A DNA stretch of 64,000 nt, taken from NCBI GenBank assembly GCA_963779415.1, contig CAVZYA010000001.1, forward strand, positions 1,792,001 to 1,856,000. Reading direction: 5' to 3'. The stretch's first letter is position 1; each line of letters opens with the position of its first letter. Both the position numbers and the translations under genes were made by a program. Below, one piece after another: positions 10,155 through 19,566 of the stretch. The notes beneath the pieces are model-generated. The model saw nothing but the letters and a program-made list of their open reading frames with translations. It ran no database searches and had not been told where the DNA came from. The DNA comes from an uncultured Acidobacteriota bacterium (GTDB lineage: Bacteria > Acidobacteriota > Thermoanaerobaculia > UBA5066).

Positions 10155-10658
10155 TTACTGCTGCGTTCCTTCCGGATACGCGATGAACTGGCCGTCGGCG
10201 AAGATGATGTCGAGGTTGAACATGGTCGTTGGGCCGAGCTCCGGGCTCGCATCGATCGTGCCGTCCTTCCCGGTCGAGGCGAGGACGTAGTCGAGCTTCA
10301 CCGAGTTCGTCCCGTAGTGGAAGTACGAGTTCCAGCCGTCCTTCATTGGCATCGTCCGGATGTACGTCGGAGACAGGGCGAGGGCCGCCGATCCACCGAT
10401 CGTCGTGTCCGGAACTGCCGTGATGCCCGACGGCCAGATGTACGAGCCGGCGGCGGCGGGATACTTGTTGTAGTCGACGGCATAGGCCTCGAGGGCCGTC
10501 CCGATCGACCGCATGTCCGCCATCGTCCTCTTCTGCTTGGCGCGCTGGATGGCGTTGAGCAGGTTCGGGATCGCGATGGCGACGATGATGCCGATGATGG
10601 CGACGACGATGAGGAGCTCGATGAGGGTGAAGCCTCTCTTGTCCCTTCTGATTCGCAT
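10155..10658 (-). CDS. GspG-like pilin, probable major pilin
   Basis: GGAGG RBS; KRG|FTLIELLIVVAIIGIIVAIAIPNLL; DGW motif (GspG DPW-like); has its own promoter and terminator. Confidence 0.88.
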   Translation of the reverse strand: MRIRRDKRGFTLIELLIVVAIIGIIVAIAIPNLLNAIQRAKQKRTMADMRSIGTALEAYAVDYNKYPAAAGSYIWPSGITAVPDTTIGGSAALALSPTYIRTMPMKDGWNSYFHYGTNSVKLDYVLASTGKDGTIDASPELGPTTMFNLDIIFADGQFIAYPEGTQQ

Positions 10659-10683
10659 CTGTTTGCCTCCTTGCCTGTGCGCA

Positions 10684-10699
10684 ATCAACATCTGTGCCA
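10684..10699 (-). promoter_or_regulatory. Candidate sigma54 (-24/-12) promoter of the pilin
   Basis: TGGCAC-AGATG-TTGAT versus consensus TGGCAC-N5-TTGCW (GA instead of GC at -12), 25 nt upstream of the ATG. Confidence 0.6.
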
Positions 10700-10761
10700 C
10701 GAGACGAAGATGTTCTTTTGCAATAGATTAAGTAGCCACGCTGATTCTGCTCGAAAACGAA

Positions 10762-10776
10762 CGACAATTTTTGTCG
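10762..10776. promoter_or_regulatory. Palindromic operator / candidate enhancer CGACAA-TTT-TTGTCG
   Basis: Perfect 6-bp inverted repeat in the AT-rich intergenic region ~65 bp upstream of the -24 box; half-site copy 33 bp away (10796-10808). Confidence 0.55.
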
Positions 10777-10842
10777 GTCCACTCGGGTCGCAACTCTCAG
10801 GGTTTGTCGCCGCCGAGCGCCGGGGGGACGGGCCTCTGGAGG

Positions 10843-11340
10843 TCATTTCTGGAGCCCTTCCGGGAACTGGACGAAGCTCCCGTTGACGAGAATGATGTCG
10901 TCCGTAAAGAAGTGTGTCTCGCCGAGCGGAGGGGAGGAGTCGGGGGTCCCGTCGGCACCGTTCGACCGGATCGCGTAGTTCGCCCGGGAGGAATCGGTCC
11001 CGTAGGTGAACCACGAGTTCCACCCGTCCACGAGTGGAACGGTCCGAAGGTAGGTCGGGGAAATCTCGGAAACGATGGCGCCAATCGTGGCCGTCGGCAG
11101 GGAGAGCCCCGAAGGGAGGGCGTAGCCGGCCGCCGCCGGGAACCCGTTCACATCGGTCTCGTAGGAGTCGATGCCGAGGGCGATCGTCCGAATGTCGGCC
11201 ATCGTCCGCTTCTGGCGCGCCCGGTTCATTACGTTCCGGAGATTCGAGGCCGCGATCGCGACGAGAATCCCGATGATCGCGCTGACGATCAGGACCTCGA
11301 TCAGCGTGAAGCCGCGGCGTCTCCTCGGGGGCCCGGCCAT
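10843..11340 (-). CDS. Second GspG-like pilin (paralog of 10155..10658)
   Basis: RRG|FTLIEVLIVSAIIGILVAIA, ARQKRTMADIR, DGWNSWFTYGTDS; collinear with the neighbouring pilin. Confidence 0.85.
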   Translation of the reverse strand: MAGPPRRRRGFTLIEVLIVSAIIGILVAIAASNLRNVMNRARQKRTMADIRTIALGIDSYETDVNGFPAAAGYALPSGLSLPTATIGAIVSEISPTYLRTVPLVDGWNSWFTYGTDSSRANYAIRSNGADGTPDSSPPLGETHFFTDDIILVNGSFVQFPEGLQK

Positions 11341-11399
11341 TTCGTGACTCCAGAATACAAGAACCGTGCCCTCCCCCGCCGACTTGAGATACTTCCCGT

Positions 11400-12959
11400 G
11401 TGACCCCCGGGGCGCCAAGTTCCGCCCCCCTGTCGACGGAGCGGGAACTCGAGGAGTTCGAGCGGCTCAAGCCGCGCCTCCGTGAGGTCTGGAACGCCAT
11501 CGCGCTCCGGGACGAAGAGCCGCACACGTCGGTCGTCGTCCCGTCGCTCACCCTCGACCAGACGGAGCTCAAGAAGCTGGACGGCGTCAGCTTCTACGAG
11601 GAGCGCCTCCTCTTCCTCCTGATCCGACTCCGCAATCCACGGGCCCGCATCGTCTTCGTCACGTCGCAACCGGTCCACCCGCTGATCCTCGAGTACTACT
11701 TCCAGCTCCTCGTCGGAATCCCCGCGAGCCACGCGCGGGGCCGGCTTACGCTCCTGTGCGCCTACGACTCCTCGCCCCGGTCGCTGACGGAGAAGATCCT
11801 CGAGCGGCCGCGCCTCATCGAGCGGATCCGCGAGGGGATCGCCGACCCCTCCCGCGCGTACCTCACGGTCTTCAACTCGACGCCGCTCGAGCGGCGCCTC
11901 GCCGTTCTCCTTGGCATCCCGCTCAACGGCGTCGACCCCGCGCTCTCCCATCTCGGGACGAAATCGGGGTGCCGGAAGGTTTTCCGCGAAGCCGGCATCG
12001 ACTCCCCGGAGGGATTCGAGGACCTCGGCGGCGAAGGGGACGTCATCGAGGCCCTCGTCGGGCTGAAACGGAAAAGGCCGGCCCTCCGCCGCGCGGTCCT
12101 CAAGCTGAACGACAGCTTCTCGGGCGAAGGAAACGCTCTCTTCCGGTATCCAACGGAGGGAGGCGACCGTCCCGCCGCCGTCCGGGAAGCCCTCCGCTCC
12201 CTGGAGTTCTCGGTCGGCTGGGAGACCGTGGACGCCTATATGGGAAAAGTCCGGAGCATGGGGGGAATCGTCGAGGAGTGGATCGAAGGCGCCGAGAAGA
12301 GATCGCCCAGCGTGCAGGTCCGGATCGACCCGGAGGGGACCGTCGTGCCCGTCTCCACCCACGATCAGCTCCTCGGCGGTCCGAGCGGACAGGTCTATCT
12401 CGGCTGTCTCTTCCCGGCCCATGACGACTATCGGAGCCAGATCCAACGAGCCGGAATCCGGATCGCCGAAGTGCTCGCCGCCAAAGGGGTCGTGAGCCGG
12501 TTCGGGATCGACTTCCTCGTGGCCCGCGAAGGGCCGACGGAGCCATGGCGCCTCTTCGCCATCGAGATCAATCTCCGGATGGGAGGGACGACGCACCCCT
12601 ACCTCGCGCTCCAGTTCCTCACCGGCGGACAGCTCGACCCCAAGACCGGCCTCTTCCTCTCGCCGCGCGGCCGGCCGAAGTACTACCACGCGACGGACAA
12701 CCTCCGGTCCGAGAGCTATCGCGGCCTTCTCCCCGAGGATCTGATGGACATCCTCACGATCAACGGCCTCCATTACAACCACAACTCCGAGTCGGGCGTC
12801 CTTTTTCACCTGATCGGCGCCCTTTCGCAGTTCGGCAAGCTCGGGATGAACGCGATCGGCAACAGCCGCGAGGAGGTCGAAGCGCTCTACCGCCGCACCC
12901 TCGACATCCTCGCGCGTGAGACGGGCGGAAGCGGCGAGGGGCACGAGCCCCGCTTCTGA
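11400..12959 (+). CDS. PGM1-related ATP-grasp peptide ligase family protein
   Basis: VVVPSLTLD...YEERLLFLLIRLRNP pre-ATP-grasp region, KLNDSFSGEGN, SPSVQ, STHDQLLGG, EINLRMGGTTHP. Confidence 0.8.
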   Translation: MTPGAPSSAPLSTERELEEFERLKPRLREVWNAIALRDEEPHTSVVVPSLTLDQTELKKLDGVSFYEERLLFLLIRLRNPRARIVFVTSQPVHPLILEYYFQLLVGIPASHARGRLTLLCAYDSSPRSLTEKILERPRLIERIREGIADPSRAYLTVFNSTPLERRLAVLLGIPLNGVDPALSHLGTKSGCRKVFREAGIDSPEGFEDLGGEGDVIEALVGLKRKRPALRRAVLKLNDSFSGEGNALFRYPTEGGDRPAAVREALRSLEFSVGWETVDAYMGKVRSMGGIVEEWIEGAEKRSPSVQVRIDPEGTVVPVSTHDQLLGGPSGQVYLGCLFPAHDDYRSQIQRAGIRIAEVLAAKGVVSRFGIDFLVAREGPTEPWRLFAIEINLRMGGTTHPYLALQFLTGGQLDPKTGLFLSPRGRPKYYHATDNLRSESYRGLLPEDLMDILTINGLHYNHNSESGVLFHLIGALSQFGKLGMNAIGNSREEVEALYRRTLDILARETGGSGEGHEPRF

Positions 12960-12963
12960 ACGA

Positions 12964-15900
12964 TCAGCCGGAAGCCGGAATTTCCCGTCCCCTCCAGAGA
13001 AAATAGACCGCCGGGTAGACGAGAAGCTCGAGCGCGAACGAGGTCACGAGGCCGCCGACCATCGGGGCGGCGATCCGCTTCATCAGGTCGGCGCCGGCAC
13101 CCGTGGACCACATGATCGGAAGAAGCCCCACGAACGCCGCGCAGACGGTCATCGCCTTCGGCCGGACGCGCTTTACGGCGCCGTGGATGATGGCCTCAAT
13201 CAGGTCGGCGCGGTTTCTCAGCAGCCCCTTCGCCTTCGCTTCGTCGTGGGCGAGATCGAGAAACAGCAGCATGAAGATGCCGGTCTCGGCGTCGAGTCCC
13301 ATCAGGGCGATCATCCCGACCCAGACGGCGATCGAAATGTTGTATCCGAGGAGCCAGAGGAACCAGACGGCTCCGATGATCGAGAACGGAACGGCGAGAA
13401 GGACGATCATCGTCTTCATCGCAGACTTCGTATTGGCGTACATCAGGAGAAAGATCAGGACGAGGGTTATCGGGATGACGACCTTGAGCCGCTCCTTGAC
13501 GCGGAGCATGTTCTCGTACTGACCGCTCCAGACGAGCGTGTATCCGGGGGTAATCTTCACCCGCTCGGCAACCGCCTTCTTCGCTTTTTCGACGTACCCC
13601 CCGATGTCCTCCCTGGCCGTGTCGAAGTCGACGTAGACGTATCCCGAGAGGAGGCCGTTTTCGTTCCGGATCATCGCCGGTCCCTGGATCTTCCGGATCG
13701 CGGCGAGCTGTCCGAGCGGCACCTGCGCTCCGCCCATCGTCCGGACGAGGACGCGCTCCAGACGATCGAGTGTCCTCGCGCAGCTCACGGGGGTAGCGGA
13801 CGTTGACGGAGTACCGCTCGCTCCCCTTGATCATGGTGGTCACCGTCTCGCCCCCGATCGCCGACATGATGACGGCGTTCACGTCGTCCACGGTCAGGCC
13901 ATACCGGGCCAGCTCGTCGCGGTTCAGGTCGAAATCGATGAAGTAGCCCCCCGCGGCGCGCTCGGCGAATGCGGAACGGGTCGCGGGAAGGGTCCGGACG
14001 GCCGCCTCCACGTCGGTCCCGATCCGCTCGATCTCGGAGAGGTCCGCGCCGAAGATCTTCACACCCACCGGCGTCCGGATTCCGGTGGAGAGCATGTCGA
14101 TCCGGTTCTTGATCGGCATCGTCCACGCGTTCGTCGTTCCCGGGATCTTCAGGGCCGCATCCATCTCGTCGACCAGCTCCTCGTAGGAGATCCGGTCGCG
14201 CCAGACGTGCCGGAAGATCGACGCGAGCCACCTGGGCGCCCAGGGCGAGTACCAGCGGTCTCTCCTTCGCCACCCGGACTCGGGCTTCAGGATGACGGTC
14301 GTCTCCATCATCGAGAACGGCGCCGGGTCCGTGGACGTATCGGCTCTCCCCGCCTTGCCGAAGACTCGCTCCACCTCGGGGAACGTCCGGAGGATCTTGT
14401 CCTGCACCTGCAGGAGACGCTCGGCTTCCGTCACCGAGATGCCCGGGAGCGTCGTCGGCATGTAGAGGATGCTCCCCTCGTAGAGAGGCGGCATGAACTC
14501 CGAGCCGAGCTTCAGGAAGACCGGCACCGTCGAGGCCATGGCCAGGAGGGCGACGGCGATCGTCGCCTTCGGGTGGCGAAGGACCGCGCGGCACGGGCGT
14601 TCGTAAAGGCGATGGAGAACCACGCTGATCGGGTGCTTCTCCTCGGCGTAGTACTTCCCGACGGCGATCTGGTTCGCGATCCAGGCTAGCCACTTCGGCC
14701 GGAAGGTGAAATCGTCCATCCGGACGAAGAGCATCCGCACGGCGGGGTTGAGCGTGATGGCGAGGAGGGCCGCGATGGCCATGGCGAGGTTCTTCGACCA
14801 GGCGAGCGGCCTGAAAAGGCGTCCTTCCTGGTCGACGAGCGTGAAGATCGGCAGAAACGCCACGGCGATGACGAGAAGGGAGAAGAAGACCGACGGGCCG
14901 ACCTCCATCAGGGCATCGAGGCGCACCCTGTGGAAGTCGCCGGGACGCCCCGAGTCGTTCCAGAGCTGGAGTTTCTTGTAGGCGTTCTCGACCTCGACGA
15001 TGGCCCCGTCCACGAGGACCCCGATCGAGATGGCGATCCCTCCCAGCGACATGAGGTTGATGTTCAGCCCGAGGAGCTGGAACGGAATGAACGCGAGGAT
15101 GATCGAGACGGGGATCGTCAGGATCGGCACGATCGCGCTCGGGACGTGCCAGAGGAAAAGCAGGATGACGAGGGAGACGGCGATGATCTCCTCCGTCAGC
15201 TTGTCCTTCAGCGTCGTCACGGCTCGCTCGATGAGGTCGGACCGGTCGTAGGTCGTGACGATCCGGACCCCCTTCGGAAGCGACGGCTCGATCTCCTTCA
15301 GCTTCGCCTTGACCCGGTCGATGACGTTCAGGGCGTTCTCCCCGCTCCGCATCACGACGATTCCGCCGACGACGTCCCCCTTCCCGTCGAGGTCGGAGAT
15401 GCCGCGCCGGATCTCGGGGCCCAGCGAGACCTTCCCGATGTCGCCGACCGTCAGAGGCGTTCCCTTCTCGTTCGTCTTGACGACGATCCTCTCGATGTCC
15501 CGGACGTTCTTCAGGTAGCCCCGGCCGCGGACCATGTACTCCCGGCCGGAGAACTCGATGAGCCGCCCCCCGACCTCGTTGTTGCTCTTCCGGATGGCGT
15601 CCACGACCCCGTCGAGCGAAAGGCCGAAGGCGGCCAGCGTGTTCGGGTCCACCGTCACCTGGTACTGCTTCTGGAAGCCCCCGATCGAGGCCACCTCGGC
15701 CACGCCAGGAACCGACTCGAGGGCGTACCTGAGGAACCAGTCCTGGTACGAGCGGATGTCGTCGTTGGCGTTCCGGCCGCTCTCGTCGACGAGGGCGTAC
15801 TGGAAGACCCAGCCGACGCTCGTCGCGTCGGGCCCCAGCTCGGTCTTCACGCCGGCCGGGAGACGCGACTGGATCTTCGACAGGTACTCGAGGACGCGCG

Positions 15901-16246
15901 AACGCGCCCAGTAGATGTCGGTGCCGTCCTCGAAGATGACGTAGACGTACGAGAAGCCGAAGTCGGAGAAGCCACGGATCGTCTTGACCTTCGGCGCGCC
16001 GAGGAGGGCCGTCACGATCGGATATGTGACCTGGTCCTCGAGGATGTCGGGGCTCCGGTCCCAACGGGAATAGATGATGACCTGCGTGTCCGAGAGATCG
16101 GGGATGGCGTCGAGCGGGATCTGCCGGATCACGCCGACCGAAAGGACGATGGCGATGGCATAGAGGACGAGGACGAGGAACTTGTTCTCGGCCGAGAAGC
16201 GGATGACCCTCTTGATCCATCCGCCGCCCTGATTCGGCTCGCTCAC
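12964..16246 (-). CDS. cusA: CusA/CzcA heavy-metal RND permease (frameshift at ~13772)
   Basis: LDAIPDLSDTQVII, LGPDATSVGWVFQY, GSEFMPPLYEG, DPAPFSMMET; C-terminus RVRPKAMT...MKRIAAPMVGG lies in the adjacent frame. Confidence 0.93.
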
Positions 16247-16256
16247 GCCGGCCCCC

Positions 16257-17699
16257 TCACTGCGCCGGGCCGCCCGGGGGCGGCGCTGCGGTCGTCGGCG
16301 CTCCGGAAGTCATGGCGGAGAGGGCGGCCTTGAGGCGCGACTCCGAATCGACGAGGAAGTTCGCCCCCCGGGCCACCACATCGCCCTTCTGAAGGCCGCT
16401 CCTGACCTCGTAGACCCCATTGCCGTGATCGCCGACGGTGATGTCCCGCGGCTGGAAGCGCCCGTCCCCGAGCGCGACGAAAGCGACCTTGCGCGTCCCG
16501 CTGTCGAGCACCGCATCGTCCGGAACGCCCAGCACCTCTCGCGTATTCCCGCGGATCGTGACGTCGGCGAACATCTCGGGCTTCAGCTCGCCCTTCGGGT
16601 TGTCCAGCTCGATCCGGACCTTCACCGTCCGTGTCTTTTCGTCGACGGCGGGATAGATGTACGTCACCGTGCCGTGCCAGCTCCTCGCCGGCCAGTAGGA
16701 GAGCGTCATCGTGGCCGCCTGGCCCACGGAGAGGCGCGGCAGCTCGTATTCGTAGACGTCCGCGAGGATCCAGACGTGCGAGAGGTCGACGATGTCGAAG
16801 AGGGTGTCGGCCGGCGTCACTTTCATGCCGTGGTAGGCCGTCCGCGCCCAGATGTAGCCGCTGATCGGAGCGTAGAGGTCGAGCGTCTTCAAGGGCTCGC
16901 CTTTCTCCTCGATCCGGGCGATCTCCCTGGGGCTGATCTCCCAGAGAAGAAGGCGCTGGCGGGCGGCATCCAGGAGGTCCTGCCCCCCCTGCGAGACGCT
17001 CGGAACCGTGGACCCGGCGAGGGAGCGCGAGGCCTTAAGCGCGAGGAGGTACTCCTGCTGCGTGGCGTAGAGGTCGGGGCTGTAGACCGCGGCCAGGGGC
17101 TCCCCTTTCCGGACGTACATCCCCGTGAAGTCGCCGTAGACGTGCTCGACGTAGGCCTCGAACCGCGTGTGGACGTGATGGACCCGCCGATCGTCGGCGG
17201 TGACCCGTCCCACCGTGTGAATCGAGGTGGCGAAAGGGAGACGCGAGACCCGGACGGTCTTCAGCCCGATGAGCTGCTGTCGTTCCGGGTCGATCCGGAC
17301 GGTCGCGAAGCCCTCCGGGACGGCGCTGGCACCCTCGACGTCCTCCGCGTAGACGGGAACGAAGTCCATCCCCATCGAGTCCTTCTTCGGGACAGGCGAC
17401 GTCTCCCGCGGATTCATCGGAGACCGGTAGAAGAGGATCTTTCGCTCCCCGGCGGAGGCCGGCGTTCCGGCCGCAGGGGCGGCGGCCGTCCGGGTCTCGA
17501 CGGGGACGAGCTTCATTCCACAGATCGGACAGTCGCCCGGATGGTCCCGCACGATCTGGGGGTGCATCGGGCACTGGTACTTCTTCGCGGCCTCGGCCAC
17601 CGGCACCGGCTTCCGGCATCCCGCCAGAGCCAGCACACCGGAGACCGCAGCCAGGAACGTTCCGAGCAGCACGAGGAGAACCAGGGAGTTCTTCTTCAT
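16257..17699 (-). CDS. cusB: CusB-type RND periplasmic adaptor with heavy-metal-binding domains
   Basis: YQCPMHPQI...CPICGMKL, YRSPMNP...KDSMGMDFVPVY, LKPEMFA, FLVDSESRL. Confidence 0.9.
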   Translation of the reverse strand: MKKNSLVLLVLLGTFLAAVSGVLALAGCRKPVPVAEAAKKYQCPMHPQIVRDHPGDCPICGMKLVPVETRTAAAPAAGTPASAGERKILFYRSPMNPRETSPVPKKDSMGMDFVPVYAEDVEGASAVPEGFATVRIDPERQQLIGLKTVRVSRLPFATSIHTVGRVTADDRRVHHVHTRFEAYVEHVYGDFTGMYVRKGEPLAAVYSPDLYATQQEYLLALKASRSLAGSTVPSVSQGGQDLLDAARQRLLLWEISPREIARIEEKGEPLKTLDLYAPISGYIWARTAYHGMKVTPADTLFDIVDLSHVWILADVYEYELPRLSVGQAATMTLSYWPARSWHGTVTYIYPAVDEKTRTVKVRIELDNPKGELKPEMFADVTIRGNTREVLGVPDDAVLDSGTRKVAFVALGDGRFQPRDITVGDHGNGVYEVRSGLQKGDVVARGANFLVDSESRLKAALSAMTSGAPTTAAPPPGGPAQ

Positions 17700-17707
17700 G
17701 GTGCTGC

Positions 17708-19116
17708 CTACATTCTCCCGGCCACGGAAGTGATGGATGAAGACGAAGCCGGCGGCGACGACGGACCCATGGCAGACGCGGAGCCCGCATCGACAGAGAA
17801 CTCGTAGAGGTCGGCCTCGGCGCGGATCAGGCTGGCGAGGCGCGCCGAGGGCATCCCGGCGGTCCGTGAAGTACGTGCTGAGCGCTTCGAGAACGGTGAC
17901 GAACGGGACCGAGCCGGTCCGGTAGCTGGCGAGGGCGGCATCCACCGAGAGCCGGTCCTGGACGAGGATGCCTTCGGCGTCGAGCTTCGCTTCGGCGGCA
18001 AGGGACTCGATCCGGATCAGCCTCTTCTTCGGTGAGAGCCTGGATCTGCCGCCGGAGAGAGGTCTCCTTCGAAGAGGCCGACTCGAAAAGGCTCTCCGCC
18101 TCGACGATGAGGGGCCGCTGCTTCGCCCCGGCCCAGAGAGGGATCGAGACCCCGAGGGCCGCGGACCACATCAGTGGAAGTCCGCCGCGGTTCATGTACC
18201 CCGCCGAGGCGACGAAGTCCGGTTTCAGGTTCCTGCGGGCGAGGTCGGCCGAGAGCTTCGCCCGTTCTTTCGCGAGTCGGCCGCCTCCTTCAACTCCGGG
18301 GTGATCTCCAGAGCCTTCTCGAGGAGCTGTCCGGACGCAAGGGAGGGCCGGAATCCGTCCGGCCTCGAGCCGGCCCCCCGTCGGAAGCGGCGCATCGGGC
18401 GGCCTGAACAGGAGCCGTCGGAGCTGGCTCGCCGCCGTCCTCTCGGCTGCTTCATCCCGTCTTCGCTGCTGGAGGAGACGGGTCCTCTCGCTCTGCGCTC
18501 GGAGGATGTCCTGCTGGGTTCCGAGCCCCGCGGCATAGCGGGCGCGAATCACCCCTTCGATCTCGCCCCATGTCCCTTGCTGCTCGTCGACGAGCCGGAG
18601 ATCCTCGCGAGCTTCGAGAAGGTCGGCGTAGGCGCGCCGAACGGCGGATTCGATTGTCAGAGCGACCCGCTCGGGCCCCGTGCCGGCCCGGGCCGCATCC
18701 GCACTTGCGACCTTCTCGGCGAGGCCGAGCTTTCCCGGAAACGGAAACGCCTGCTGCGCCACGAAGGCGAGGCGCGTCATCGGTTCCGTGCCGAGCGACG
18801 GGGCGACTCCATCGTTCTCGTAGGCGATCGTGACCATCGGGTCCGGGAGCGCTCCGGCCGGGCGGATGCGTGCGGAGGCGGCGGCCGCCTCCTGTCGCGC
18901 GGCAGCCAGGTCCGGGTTCTTCGCGAGCGCCTCGGCGACAAGAGCGTCGACCTCGGCCGCGGGCACGGCCGGTTCCGTCGCGAGCAGCGCGCCCGCAATC
19001 GGGACCGTCTCGGCTGCCCGGGCCCCCGCCGAAGCGAGACACCAGACGATACAGACGCCGGCGGCCGCCGCTCGGGACCCTCTAAGAAAATCGTTCTTCT
19101 CTTCTGGTGCAAACAT
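17708..19116 (-). CDS. TolC/CusC-family outer membrane factor (several frameshifts)
   Basis: ALAKNPDL, GALPDPMV, QAFPFPGKL, SIPLW and ASYRTGSVPFVTVLEA spread over three frames. Confidence 0.85.
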
Positions 19117-19147
19117 CGTCTCACCTCGCGCAGAAAAGCCTCACGGA

Positions 19148-19165
19148 GCCGCCCTGACGGGCGGC
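19148..19165 (-). promoter_or_regulatory. GC-rich hairpin between the leader ORF and the TolC-family gene
   Basis: GCCGCCC-GTCA-GGGCGGC, a perfect 7-bp stem. Confidence 0.45.
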
Positions 19166-19188
19166 AGGAGAACGACTTCGGCGAACGA

Positions 19189-19542
19189 TCAGACGAGGAG
19201 GACCGAGTAGAGGAGGTGAAGCGGAGCCGATCGCGCGCGCGGCGCGACGCGGGCCGGGAGACCGGCCACGGCGGGAGCCTCGACGGCGACGGCGGGCAGC
19301 GGCGCCTCGGCAGGGACGACGCTTTGAGACGCCGTCTCCGCGATCGACGGCGAAGGCGCGATCGGGCCGAGCGAACAGCGGCACGGAGCGGGCGTCGCCC
19401 TGCCGTGGCTCTTCCCGGCGCAGCACGCCATCGGAGCGCCCGTGCTGCAGGGCGAGGCCGCATGGAGCTTCGCTCCCGGCCCGGCGACAAGCGCGGCGGC
19501 CACGAAGAGGAGCGAAAACGCCGAGACCCGACGGCTCTTCAC
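19189..19542 (-). CDS. Small Cys-rich secreted/leader protein (DUF2946-like) upstream of the efflux operon
   Basis: Hydrophobic N-terminus, PC...MACC...PCRC, Pro/Ala linker, C-terminus PRARSAPLHLLYSVLLV; TATCCT 6 nt before GTG 19542. Confidence 0.7.
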   Translation of the reverse strand: MKSRRVSAFSLLFVAAALVAGPGAKLHAASPCSTGAPMACCAGKSHGRATPAPCRCSLGPIAPSPSIAETASQSVVPAEAPLPAVAVEAPAVAGLPARVAPRARSAPLHLLYSVLLV

Positions 19543-19548
19543 GCTACG

Positions 19549-19560
19549 AGGATATACCAT
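19549..19560. promoter_or_regulatory. Back-to-back -10 boxes for two divergent leaderless genes
   Basis: TATCCT on minus (19549-19554) and TACCAT on plus (19555-19560), each 6 nt from a start codon. Confidence 0.6.
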
Positions 19561-19566
19561 CGCCCC

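Noticed and set aside
10155-10658. Conductive (e-pilin) candidate, about 10% aromatic residues
   Set aside because: No aromatic residue between F1 and Y50 of the mature pilin, and the fold is GspG-like, so it does not fit the e-pilin pattern.
17968-19566. N-terminal extension of malQ in the 1032-aa ORF
   Set aside because: Antisense to the TolC-family gene and the leader ORF; MalQ similarity starts at ATG 19567.
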